From Acaryochloris marina MBIC11017 (GTDB taxonomy: Bacteria > Cyanobacteriota > Cyanobacteriia > Thermosynechococcales > Thermosynechococcaceae), in assembly GCF_000018105.1 (NCBI RefSeq), contig NC_009927.1:300001-332000 (forward strand): a stretch of DNA of 32,000 bases, written 5' to 3'. Every line of letters begins with the position of its first letter. Within the stretch, counting starts at the first letter, position 1. The notes below the pieces were generated by a model. It had not been told where the DNA came from, did not search any database, and saw only the letters and a list, made by a program, of their open reading frames with translations. Shown one piece after another: positions 8,516-17,292 of this stretch. The position numbers and the translations under genes were made by a program.

Positions 8516-9653
8516 ACTACACTCCTGTAGATTGCACTACTGTATTGCTTGGAAAAAGATTGTCGGTGCGGGAAATTATCCTAAACTGGGCTAGGTAGTT
8601 AACTCATAGATGTAAGTAGCCAAATTCACTAATATGGCAATGAGGAATTTTAAATTCTGTCCTCTTTTAGTTGTGTCGAAAATAATGATCTCAGTTACAA
8701 AAAATTCCTCTGAGTTTTATCCAAGACTATGCAGCCAATCTGAAGATTTGATTGATAAAAGAGATCTGTCCTATCACATCATCTTTGCGATGCAACCGCC
8801 TTGTGGATTTGGTTGTGTATTGAAATTATAATTAGCCATGATTACTGCTCTTTAATTCATGCATGATGCATAGTACTGTTTGTGTCCAATGGCAGGTAGT
8901 TTTGGGTGTTAATATACTCAGATAAAATCTATAAAAAAATAAAAAACACCTCAATAATTACTGTCATTTTGCAAAAAATTCAGTTCAAGTTTTAACAATA
9001 AAACTTTTCTATAGAACTATATTTACTCATCATTCCTTCTCTAAAGTTTTATGCGAAATGACATAAAAGTCCATATTTAGGAATTCGAAGTGAGGCAATC
9101 ATAGATCAATTCAAGTCTCTAGCAATTTTCATAATCTTGCTACTTAAGGGAATATGGTTTACCAAGTCTAAAAAAATATAATCTTACATCCTGAAAAAGC
9201 CTTGTCAAAAACATATCTGAATATGTTTAAATATTTGTTTTAATTATTGTTAGTTTGATTGAAATAATTCTTAAGGCTTATCGACTTCCATCGCTTCTGC
9301 GTCAATTTGAACTGAGTCAAAGTCAGAGTGTTGCACGAGTACATACCACCTCTCGCCAGGTCGTTTAGCTAGATCAGGCAGAAGGCAAATCACTTGTTTT
9401 CTTCGCAATCGTCTTGTACACACTCACTCCCACTGAGCTTTATGACTACTAGTTCAAATGGCTATTTGATTACGTCCCCGACTAAGTTAAATTGACTCAG
9501 AAACGGTCCTTTTGCCCACATCACAAGTTGGCATCGGAAAAGTGAGCAGGCCCTAGAGCAATTCAAAACATAAATGGATGCGATCCCAAACCCACCGACC
9601 ATAATCAAATTCTTCTGCTCTGAACCCTGCCTTTACTTGGGGATGCTGCATTA

Positions 9654-9878
9654 TTAGATTCTTCTAAGCTTGGTCCGAGCTTGGGACTTAGTATCGGGTT
9701 TAACCTTAGCCACTATCTCAACATCAGGGAATTTCTTGAGAACAGGTTTTTTGGACTCACCCTGGCAAATCCATCCGAGCAATAAATCAGGCTCATAACA
9801 GGGGTGGCTCCTCCCAGGATCAACCATGACAGGTTTTGGCGGGCAGTAGCAACGGATGATGATTTCATCAGATTCCAT
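9654..9878 (-). CDS. Hypothetical small protein (74 aa)
   Basis: ORF track only. Confidence 0.3.
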   Translation of the reverse strand: MESDEIIIRCYCPPKPVMVDPGRSHPCYEPDLLLGWICQGESKKPVLKKFPDVEIVAKVKPDTKSQARTKLRRI

Positions 9879-10188
9879 TAGGGAATTTGAAAGATTATAG
9901 TTGGGTCTCAGTTGGCTAATTTTAGGTGCAAATCGGAGGTGGTATCGGAATTTGCGATCGCACTATCCAGCTAAGGAGTACTCCACAGTGATTACTGCGG
10001 TAGGTATGCAGTCACGGTAAATAATTGATAACCACATTGGCAATCACAATAACGGTCACACCGACGTTCAAGCGAGTTTGTAAGCCTGAACAACGGTGTG
10101 GCGAACGGATTCCTTGAGGGCTAATACTTCGGACGATTCGAAGAGATTGATGCTTGGAATTTTCCTTTCTAATTAGATTGTTCTCTAC

Positions 10189-10950
10189 TCACTGGGAAAA
10201 ATAACTCCATTCAGCAGGATCCAAACCATAAAAATCTGAAAGTATTTTGTAAAGTTTAGAATGATTGAGTTTCATTGGTATCGGCTTTTCAAAAAATACT
10301 TCAGTTGCAACAGCAAAAAACTCGGCAAGGTCAGTAGCTCCATATTCATCGATGACTGTTACCATATTGTTTTCAACAGCACTTTGGAGTCTTTTATACT
10401 CATCCGTAATAATTTTATTCCATGTCATATATGCATGTTGAGGATTGAGACAGTTGAGAATGGGTACACCATCTGCACAACTATCTTCTTGATCAAGCTG
10501 ATGTGCAAACTCATGAAGAACTAAATTTTGTCCATCTTTCCAGTTTAATGCTCCAAGCTGTGCATGTTTCCATGAAATTCTTATCTGGCCCTTACGAGCA
10601 TTAGAGTCACCTAACCAGCTTCGACGCATATCTGTTACTACGAATTGATTTTCAATACGTTCAACTTTTTTGTTTATTGAATCAGGATAAATTAAAATTG
10701 ATGAGAGTAATGGATATGTTTTTCCTTTTCGATTAATAATTAAAAGGCACGCCTGTGCTGATATCGTTATTCTAATTTCATCTGTTATTTCTAATCCATC
10801 GCAGCCAAAGAACCTCTTATCATCTAGAAATATTAGAATCAAATCTTTTAGTTTGGATTGTAATGAAGATGGAAGAAAGTTATAGATAGGGATATTATTT
10901 TCTAGAATTTTTTCCCAATCTGATATGAATATTTTTTTGTGAATAGTCAT
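10189..10950 (-). CDS. MtfA-like zinc metallopeptidase (peptidase family M90), low GC
   Basis: LVLHEFAHQLD (HExxH), GVP, IDEYGATDLAEFFAVATEVFFEKP and FYGLDP follow the E. coli MtfA pattern as recalled. Confidence 0.85.
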   Translation of the reverse strand: MTIHKKIFISDWEKILENNIPIYNFLPSSLQSKLKDLILIFLDDKRFFGCDGLEITDEIRITISAQACLLIINRKGKTYPLLSSILIYPDSINKKVERIENQFVVTDMRRSWLGDSNARKGQIRISWKHAQLGALNWKDGQNLVLHEFAHQLDQEDSCADGVPILNCLNPQHAYMTWNKIITDEYKRLQSAVENNMVTVIDEYGATDLAEFFAVATEVFFEKPIPMKLNHSKLYKILSDFYGLDPAEWSYFSQ

Positions 10951-11174
10951 GCGAATCGATTTTTATTTTAAGTTGCCAAAAACCTATGACAGTTTTAATC
11001 TGCTTAGATGACATTCAGGAATGGGGTTATGCTATGGCTCTTCATATGAGGGCGTTGGATGCTGACTGCGCTGTCAGCGTGTCTGGTGGTGGCGAGTGAG
11101 CAGTAAGAGGGGAATTAATTTTTTTAGTTGACAAACCCAGAACCCTTTTGTGAATTTATCTATTCCCATGTGAT

Positions 11175-11489
11175 TTAAGACCCAGAGGCCGAGGCTGCAA
11201 GCTGCTCAAAATCGATTGGCTGGATGTCCTCATGCCGATCCTGTTGTAGTGCTTCCCATAGATCTCGATCCTGCTGCATTCCTAGCCAAGTACCTGCTGT
11301 TAGTCCCACGCCCTTCTCAAGGCGAATCGCCATGTCAGGTGTAACGGCAGCTTGTCCCGATACCAATCGGGAAATTGCAGAATGGGATACCCCTAGTGCT
11401 TTTGCTAATTGACGAGCGCTTAAACCGTAGGGTTCTAGATAGAACTCTTTGAGGGTTTCTCCAGGGTGGGGGGGATTATGCATCAGCAT
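11175..11489 (-). CDS. higA: HigA-family antitoxin (XRE-type HTH)
   Basis: HNPPHPGETLKE is followed by the HTH LSARQLAKALGVSHSAISRLVSGQ. The start overlaps the higB stop by 1 nt. Confidence 0.85.
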   Translation of the reverse strand: MLMHNPPHPGETLKEFYLEPYGLSARQLAKALGVSHSAISRLVSGQAAVTPDMAIRLEKGVGLTAGTWLGMQQDRDLWEALQQDRHEDIQPIDFEQLAASASGS

Positions 11490-11764
11490 TAGTGGTAGTC
11501 CTCATAGTCCAGAATATGAACGTCACCGTCTCTAAACTCAAACGTCAGTCGCCAATTCCCACTGACAGAGATGGACCAGCGACCTTTTTGGTCTCCTTTT
11601 AAGGGGTGCAACTTAAGCTGAGGTGGCAACGTGGATAGAACCTCGATACGATTCAGTAGCTCTAGTCTGAAGCGCAAGGATTTAGCATGTTTGGGCTGAA
11701 TCTTTGCGGTGCTTCCAGTTTCAAAGAATAGTTGCAAGCCTTTATGCCGGAATGACTTGATCAT
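11489..11764 (-). CDS. higB: HigB-family toxin (RelE-fold plasmid maintenance killer protein)
   Basis: MIKSFRHKGLQLFFETG ... LHPLKGDQKGRWSISVSGNWRLTFEF ... DYEDYH. The ATG at 11764 is preferred over the TTG at 11770 given by the ORF track. Confidence 0.85.
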   Translation of the reverse strand: MIKSFRHKGLQLFFETGSTAKIQPKHAKSLRFRLELLNRIEVLSTLPPQLKLHPLKGDQKGRWSISVSGNWRLTFEFRDGDVHILDYEDYH

Positions 11765-11874
11765 ACTCAAATTGTAACGTGGTGCGCTACAGGCGACAAA
11801 AATAGTAGATGATAATCTGCTCGAAAGCCAAGCGGTTGTTCAATTCTTGAGTAAAGTTTGGGACGGTATCAGAA

Positions 11875-12083
11875 TCAATCGTCTCCTCCCTCTCCTTTGA
11901 ATGCTTCCGCCAATTGCTTTAGCGTCACTCCAAGAGTTTCACACAAAATCCACGTTTGCCACGGGTCAAGTTTTGGCTTGGTTGTATTACTTTCCCAGTT
12001 GTATATTGTCTGAGTTTTAACTCCAAGCTTGGCTGCCACAGCGAATCCGTCAGAAGTGGTTAGCCAAATCCTTGAAAACAGCG
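11875..12083 (-). pseudogene. N-terminally truncated XRE-type HTH protein fragment
   Basis: The minus-strand frame reads SLFSRIWLTTSDGFAVAAKLGVKTQTIYNWESNTTKPKLDPWQTWILCETLGVTLKQLAEAF and stops at 11875-11877. There is no start codon, and a TAA lies immediately upstream at the point where the IS6 region begins. Confidence 0.45.
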
Positions 12084-12115
12084 ATTAGTACCCCCAATTT
12101 TCTTCGTCTTTGTTG

Positions 12116-12360
12116 TTAAGCAGCCTGGAATAATTCCTGGAGTTCACTCACACCTTTCATGAACTTCTTTCTTCGATCAGATAGTGACACGAATTCTGCC
12201 ATTCGACTGCGAGGTCTCAAAAAGTTACTCACTTCGTCCACCGCTTTACAGAATCGATGAGCAGCATTAAACTCACCAAATCCTAGGGTTGGGTGATACC
12301 TGTGTTTGACGGGTCTGTGACTCTGTTCAACTGGGTTCTCAGTGCAGGGACGAACCTCAT
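12116..12360 (-). pseudogene. IS6-family transposase, C-terminal fragment (3 of 3)
   Basis: RPCTENPVEQSHRPVKHRYHPTLGFGEFNAAHRF matches the NNxIEQxHRxxKxR...GFKS region of IS6/IS26-type transposases. The first 39 codons of track ORF 12116-12478 lie inside the IS21 terminus. Confidence 0.8.
12354..12360. repeat. 7-bp target-site duplication (ACCTCAT), left copy, flanking the IS21-family element
   Basis: The identical heptamer occurs at 15029-15035. Removing the element plus one copy restores the IS6 transposase frame (VEHEV|RPCTENPVEQSH). Confidence 0.8.
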
Positions 12361-12538
12361 TATTGGATGTCAACCCCATAGGCGATGTCGCGACAACCAC
12401 AAGGCGGATCAACCCCCAAATTTGAACCGTATTATTTGGCGTACACTCCCTTTGCGTTAGCTCTTTTTCAGACCTCATACGATACCTTCAGAACAAAACG
12501 ACAACCCGTGATCGAAATGACAACCAGTGATCGCTCGA

Positions 12539-13357
12539 TTATTTGGACTGGGATTTTTGAGGTTGAGACTGAGTTTGAGCCGTTCTCTGAGTCGCTGATT
12601 TGCGCCGATAACTATCGGCTTGAATTTCGATAATCAAGCCATGATGAATTAAGCGATCAATGGCAGCCACCGCCATCATCGAATCAGTGAAAATGTCATC
12701 CCATTGGCTGAAGGGTTGATTCGCTGTAATCAACAAACTTTTTCGTTCATAGCGATGCGCAATTAATTCAAACAGAACGGACGTTTCCGCTTCCGACTTT
12801 TTGCAATAGCCCAAGTCATCCAAGATCAACAGATCATAGCGGTCCAGTTTTTTGAGCATTGGATGCAGCTGCAGTTGGAGCTTCGCCTGTTGCAGTTGCT
12901 GGACCAATGCGTTGGCTGCAAAGAACTTCACCCGCTTACCGAATTCCAGCATCTTTTTGGACACCCCAGTGGCCAGATGTGTTTTTCCAACACCCGAGGG
13001 CCCCAGAATAAGGCAATTCTCGGCGCGCTCCAACCAACCCGGATCTGCGGCTAATTGCATCAAGGGAGCTGGATTGAGCTGGGGACAATGGCTAAAGTCA
13101 AAGTTGGTAAAACTTTTTGCGTTTGGGAGCCTGGCTTCGGTGAGGGCACGTTTTAGACGAGCTTGTTCTCTTCGTTGGGCCTCCGTTTCGCACAAGGCTA
13201 GTAAGAATTCCGCATAAGACCAGTTTTCCTGCATGGCTTGGGATTCGATAGATTCCCAATGGGTCAACATGTGGGAGAGCCTGAGCTTTTTTAAATAGAG
13301 GCTCAGGTGCTGGTAGGGGCTCAGCGGGGACTGAGCAGGAGGGGAGGAGTTTGTCAT
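12539..13357 (-). CDS. istB: IS21-family helper ATPase IstB
   Basis: Walker A LILGPSGVGKTHLA and Walker B LLILDDLGY. The ATG at 13357 is preferred over the TTG at 13381. Confidence 0.9.
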   Translation of the reverse strand: MTNSSPPAQSPLSPYQHLSLYLKKLRLSHMLTHWESIESQAMQENWSYAEFLLALCETEAQRREQARLKRALTEARLPNAKSFTNFDFSHCPQLNPAPLMQLAADPGWLERAENCLILGPSGVGKTHLATGVSKKMLEFGKRVKFFAANALVQQLQQAKLQLQLHPMLKKLDRYDLLILDDLGYCKKSEAETSVLFELIAHRYERKSLLITANQPFSQWDDIFTDSMMAVAAIDRLIHHGLIIEIQADSYRRKSATQRTAQTQSQPQKSQSK

Positions 13358-14834
13358 AAAGTTCAAGTGAATGTTGTTCAATGCTGAGTTCAGGAACCTG
13401 CTTCATCTGAGGCGGCTCAAACTGTTTTTTCAGGCGATTGAGGGTAAGGCTGGATGAGCGAAGCTGCTGCTGTAAGTACACTGCTACGGCCTGTTCTTTA
13501 TCTTGAACCGCAGCAATATACAGGGCTTCCACGATGATCTTGGCAGCCTGCTCCAGGTCAAATTGGGCTTTGAGCTGTTCCCAGATTTGGCGGTATTCAG
13601 GATTGGGAAGTAGGTCTGATTGCCAGGTGCAATAGATAAAAGCACGAGGCTTCAATCGCATTGAACCAATAACATGGCGATAGTTGATGCAACGGTCGCG
13701 ACGTTTGCCTTTGCCACTGACGCGCTTCCTCGGCAATTCCACCACCGGGTGTCGCTCCAGATAGCCGACAATCCGGTCATGGTATAGATGCAGTTCCAAT
13801 TGACGACCAATCAGTCGAGAAGGGACGGTGTATAGAATGCAGCGAACATCGATGGTGCTGCGTTTGCTGACTTTAGCCGTGAGCACTTCATAGTCAGGGG
13901 TTCGATATTTGGGCAGTGGTTGTAGATGGTCTTTCTCTTGCTCATACTTGGTTTGGCACTGCTGATTCAACTTGGCAACCTGTGCATCAATTAAGGCTTG
14001 ATACTCAGCAACGCTCGTAAAATCTGCACTGCCGCGCAGATAGATCGCCTGCTTAATTCGGTTCTTCAGATGACCATGGGGAGATTCAATGGAGCCATTC
14101 TCATGGGCTACACCTTTGTTGTTACGAGTGGGTTCTAGCCGATAGTGGTCACACAGTTCGTCGTACAGACGAGTGAGGTTTTTGGACCGGCGGCCGCCCA
14201 TGTTGCGATAGGCTGCACTCAAACTATCAGTACGATGCTGTGTAGGAACACCTCCACAGGCTGCAAAGGCATTTTGCAATCCTTCTGAGAGGGCGACAAA
14301 GCTTTCGCCTCCTTCGATGATCTGGGCATATCGCCAGCCGCTGTATCCCAGACGGTAATGGTAAATCAGGTGCTCAAAGGGTTTGCCGGCAATGGTAATC
14401 GTGATGCCTTTGAGTTCTGTAAAATCGGAGAACCCTTGTACCCCTGGTTCATGACGCAATTCAAACATCACTTCAGGGCTTGGTCCATGTAAGGCTTTCC
14501 ACGTTCTCACCCGACGTTGTAGGGTCCGCAGGACTTGGGGATACTGGCCTGGATACTTATCCTGCAGGTACTCATACAGGGTCATGGGTTTGAGGCGTGG
14601 GTCTCGACGCAGCATTGGTTCTAGCTCGTCTTCCCACACATCAGCTAAGGGGTCGGGAACGGTGCGTTGGTCCTGAAGGCGGCCGCGATTAGGTTGATGG
14701 GTGCCGGCCTCAATTCGTTGTCCGGTTCTTGTAGATATTTCGGCAATGTAAGCTGCATCAGCTTGTTTTAAGCCGAGGTCTCTTCCGTTCATATAAACAC
14801 GAGTATGATAGGAATCAATTCTTTTGTTAGGCAC
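13098..14834 (-). CDS. istA: IS21-family transposase IstA
   Basis: N-terminal HTH region and a DDE-type core. ELYDKLL occurs where IstA proteins usually end, but the ORF continues about 85 codons into istB in another frame. Confidence 0.85.
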   Translation of the reverse strand: MPNKRIDSYHTRVYMNGRDLGLKQADAAYIAEISTRTGQRIEAGTHQPNRGRLQDQRTVPDPLADVWEDELEPMLRRDPRLKPMTLYEYLQDKYPGQYPQVLRTLQRRVRTWKALHGPSPEVMFELRHEPGVQGFSDFTELKGITITIAGKPFEHLIYHYRLGYSGWRYAQIIEGGESFVALSEGLQNAFAACGGVPTQHRTDSLSAAYRNMGGRRSKNLTRLYDELCDHYRLEPTRNNKGVAHENGSIESPHGHLKNRIKQAIYLRGSADFTSVAEYQALIDAQVAKLNQQCQTKYEQEKDHLQPLPKYRTPDYEVLTAKVSKRSTIDVRCILYTVPSRLIGRQLELHLYHDRIVGYLERHPVVELPRKRVSGKGKRRDRCINYRHVIGSMRLKPRAFIYCTWQSDLLPNPEYRQIWEQLKAQFDLEQAAKIIVEALYIAAVQDKEQAVAVYLQQQLRSSSLTLNRLKKQFEPPQMKQVPELSIEQHSLELYDKLLPSCSVPAEPLPAPEPLFKKAQALPHVDPLGIYRIPSHAGKLVLCGILTSLVRNGGPTKRTSSSKTCPHRSQAPKRKKFYQL

Positions 14835-15028
14835 TTGTACAGCCCTCTATTGATTAGGGATGTAAAAAGTGTCTTTTTTCTTGAGATTGAATTCTAGAAA
14901 CGCGATCTCACACATCATTTCTAGGGAATTGAGATCTAGTTTTATCCTTCTCAGGGGATGCCTGGTTTCTTCATAGCTATAGCCGACGTGACATCGTCAT
15001 TAATCCGTCAGCTCGATTGTCGTCTAAT

Positions 15029-15168
15029 ACCTCATGCTCTACATCCTCACCCAACTCTTCTGAGATCGCACGAGGGTATGATGCCAAGCCATCAGTCGCC
15101 ACTTTTTTAGGTGGATCATCATGCAGCTCAATCGCTTGAGCAAAGAAGGCTTTGGTCCCTTCCATATC
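15029..15168 (-). pseudogene. IS6-family transposase, middle fragment (2 of 3); 15029-15035 is also the right TSD copy of the IS21 element
   Basis: DMEGTKAFFAQAIELHDDPPKKVATDGLASYPRAISEELGEDVEHEV contains the second D of the DDE triad (TDGLASY). The tail of track ORF 14977-15195 below 15029 is IS21 terminus. Confidence 0.75.
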
Positions 15169-16653
15169 TCGACTATGAAGCCGTAGGAGTGTCAACAGGT
15201 ATTGTTTTGACTTTTTAGCAGCCTAATAAATGCCAGCCATTTTATTGGCTAGGTAAGTATCTATATTGGCTCCTTTCTTGTTAACTCTTTTCTTCTTTAT
15301 GTATAGGATAAGGACTTAACCGACTATCCGAGTTTCCGATACATTTTGCTCAATCGTATCGTCTCAAGAGTGACATGCAAGTTGTCTCAGGCTTATTCGG
15401 GTTTGCAATCTTGATTAAGAATTAGACTAGAGATATGGACAAGCTCTGAGATAGTTTTCCCTAATGACGGGAATATAGAAATCCTTAGACTTCCTATGCT
15501 AAAGAAAAGAGACTTATGCTGCCATAGGACCTGCCTGTTTAGAGTCCCACTTCTCCTGCTTCTTTAACAACGTCCAACAAAGGATGAGCAGTTTACGGGC
15601 CACAGCTATAATGGCTTGTTTTCTACGAGTCTTTTGACCACCACAAAGTCTTTGATACAGTGCTGCAGCCCAAGGATTGTAGCGTTGCATAATCCAAGCA
15701 GCCTCAACTAACGTAGCTCTTAAAATCCTTGGCCCACGCTGAGTTATCTTACCCATCCGATTCATTTCACCGGACTGATGTTGTCGCGGGACCAGCCCCG
15801 CATATGCACCGATCTGCCTAGCATTCTTAAACCGTTTGGGGTCATCTATAAAAGCCACCACTACTTCTGCTGTTTTACGCCCCACACCTGGAATTGATTC
15901 AAGCAGTTGAACTCTATTGTCTTGTTTGGCGATCTCAGTGAGTTTTTTATCGACAGCATGCAGTTGCTCCCATAAGGCATCTAACCGCTTCAGTTCTAGA
16001 TCGAGTTGACCCTGCCATAGGGACAGTAGCGAACATTCATCCATGTTTTGAGAATACTTTTTCAGTTGCTCTATTCTCGAAATTGTCCAAGCCTTCTCCC
16101 CTGCAGGAATAGAAATTCCTTGCTGGTTAAATACGGCTCGAATGGTGTTTTGGGCTCGTGTGGCATGGCTGACTAGGCGTTTACGATATTTGACCAGTTG
16201 CCGATATTGACGGGATTCAGCGGATGGCATGTAGACAGGGGAAATCTGGCCAAGTGCTGCTAATTTAGTCAACTTGAGCGCATCGTCTTTATCTGTCTTG
16301 CGTTTGACATGTTTCCAGTGCCAAGCTTCATGAGTAGGGTTGGCCACAATGGTGTTAAAGCCTTCTGCCTGACAAAGGTCGTACACCCAACCAGAGATCG
16401 TGCAAGCTTCGATAACGACCTGCTCTGGCTGAGTTTGGCTAAGTAGTGCTTTAAATTCACTAGCAAAGGATTTAAAGGAGAAAAAGAGGGTGTCGTTACT
16501 TTGGGTATCAAATAAACAAGCAGCTGAAGTGTACTTTCCAAGATCAATGCCTAAAATTTTCATAGGTCTTCTCCTGTGAGTTGGGGAATTAGGTGATAGG
16601 TCAATCCTTCTAGCTGAATTGTCCTGGTTTTCCAACTCACGGCTTACATGGAT
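15169..16653 (-). mobile_element. IS110-family insertion sequence (about 1485 bp) inserted in the IS6 transposase gene
   Basis: Excising it joins ...LSKTR to DMEGTKAFF in frame. The junction is ambiguous by 2-3 nt (aga versus cga). A possible subterminal imperfect inverted repeat is ATGTAAGCCGTGAG versus ATGAAGCCGTAGGAG. Confidence 0.8.
15514..16563 (-). CDS. IS110-family transposase (350 aa)
   Basis: MKILGIDLGK start with AGGAG upstream. The C-terminal IPGVGRKTAEVVVAFIDDPKRFKNARQIGAYAGLVPRQHQSG matches the Transposase_20 region. The track ORF 15514-17094 is an in-frame chimera with the IS6 N-terminus. Confidence 0.9.
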   Translation of the reverse strand: MKILGIDLGKYTSAACLFDTQSNDTLFFSFKSFASEFKALLSQTQPEQVVIEACTISGWVYDLCQAEGFNTIVANPTHEAWHWKHVKRKTDKDDALKLTKLAALGQISPVYMPSAESRQYRQLVKYRKRLVSHATRAQNTIRAVFNQQGISIPAGEKAWTISRIEQLKKYSQNMDECSLLSLWQGQLDLELKRLDALWEQLHAVDKKLTEIAKQDNRVQLLESIPGVGRKTAEVVVAFIDDPKRFKNARQIGAYAGLVPRQHQSGEMNRMGKITQRGPRILRATLVEAAWIMQRYNPWAAALYQRLCGGQKTRRKQAIIAVARKLLILCWTLLKKQEKWDSKQAGPMAA

Positions 16654-17094
16654 TCTGGTTTTGCTTAATCGTACATCCACTAAATTGCCAGCATTATCAA
16701 TGCCACGATAAAGGTAGCACCACCTGCCCTTGATTCGGACATAAGTTTCGTCTACAAGCCATACCTTGCCTACTTTTCCCTTCCGTTTAGTCTGAATCTG
16801 TTCCGTAAAGTGAGGCAGAAATCTTTCCTCCCAATCTCGCACGGTTTCATGAGTGAAAACAAAGCCCCGGATCAAGAAGTACTCGGCCACATCTCGATAG
16901 CTGAGTTTGTAGCGTACTCGAAGTAAAAGCACCTGGAATACTATGTCTGTCGGAACTTCAATAAAGTTGAAGGGAGTACCAGTTCGCTCATTGTAACTCC
17001 GCCGACACACTTTGCATCGAAACCGAGCATAGCCAAGGTCAGTCTTACTCTGAAGAAATGAGACTCGGGTTGAGTTGCAATGAAGACAATCCAT
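16654..17094 (-). pseudogene. IS6-family transposase, N-terminal fragment (1 of 3) with zinc-finger-like N-terminus
   Basis: CHCNS...CKVCRR, then WLVDETYVRIKGRWCYLYRGIDNAGNLVDVRLSKTR, which holds the first D of the DDE triad. Confidence 0.85.
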
Positions 17095-17292
17095 TAAATA
17101 CAGACAGAGTATGGCTCAGGGACAAGGCTCAGCCTATCAGGACGGTGTCGATTTCTCAATTCTGGACAATCAGCCCTGACAATTTCCATTCCCTATTTCA
17201 GTCGAGTATTCTGCTATGCCTCATCCAATCATGCTCGTAGTGTCTATCAGCAGCTCTGGCGATATCGGGCCAAAGTTGTACGTGAAATCTAT

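Larger units (their letters stand above)
12361..15028 (-). mobile_element. IS21-family insertion sequence (2668 bp, istA-istB)
   Basis: It is flanked by the 7-bp direct repeat ACCTCAT. The termini are imperfectly inverted: ATTGGATGTCAACC versus the reverse complement ATTAGACGACAATC. The motif CGATGTC(A/G)CG occurs near both ends, and GACAACC(C/A)GTGATCG occurs twice near the istB end. It carries istA and istB. Confidence 0.85.

Noticed and set aside
5743-8598. Many track ORFs inside or overlapping the haem peroxidase gene on both strands (for example 6074-6370, 6646-7383, 6983-7261, 7311-7610, 7420-7749, 7553-7855, 8148-8594, 8407-8598)
   Set aside because: These are typical stop-poor shadow frames of a high-GC gene. 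Their translations are Arg/Pro/Ser/Ala-rich and carry no motifs, whereas the 938-aa frame carries clear family motifs.
8634-8831. 65-aa ORF in the AT-rich spacer
   Set aside because: It is low-complexity, has no ribosome-binding site, and lies in probable promoter DNA of the haem gene.
9954-9961. HIP1 palindrome GCGATCGC (also at about 26141-26148) as proof of cyanobacterial origin
   Set aside because: Only two copies occur in 32 kb, which is too few to be significant. It is used only as a weak hint.
11030-11100. Hairpin gctgac-tgcgct-gtcagc downstream of higA as a terminator
   Set aside because: The stem is short (6 bp) and there is no U-run in the transcribed (minus) orientation.
12361-12478. 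N-terminal 39 codons of track ORF 12116-12478 (MRSEKELTQ...)
   Set aside because: This stretch lies inside the IS21 terminal region. IS6 homology only begins after the ACCTCAT duplication at 12360.
14977-15028. C-terminal tail (…DDNRADGLMTMSRRL) of track ORF 14977-15195
   Set aside because: It is read-through into the IS21 terminus and not part of the IS6 transposase.
15514-17094. Single 526-aa protein suggested by the ORF track
   Set aside because: It is a chimera. The first 147 codons are the IS6 transposase N-terminus. These are followed by 30 codons of IS110 5' leader read in frame, and then by the IS110 transposase, which has its own ATG (16563) and AGGAG.
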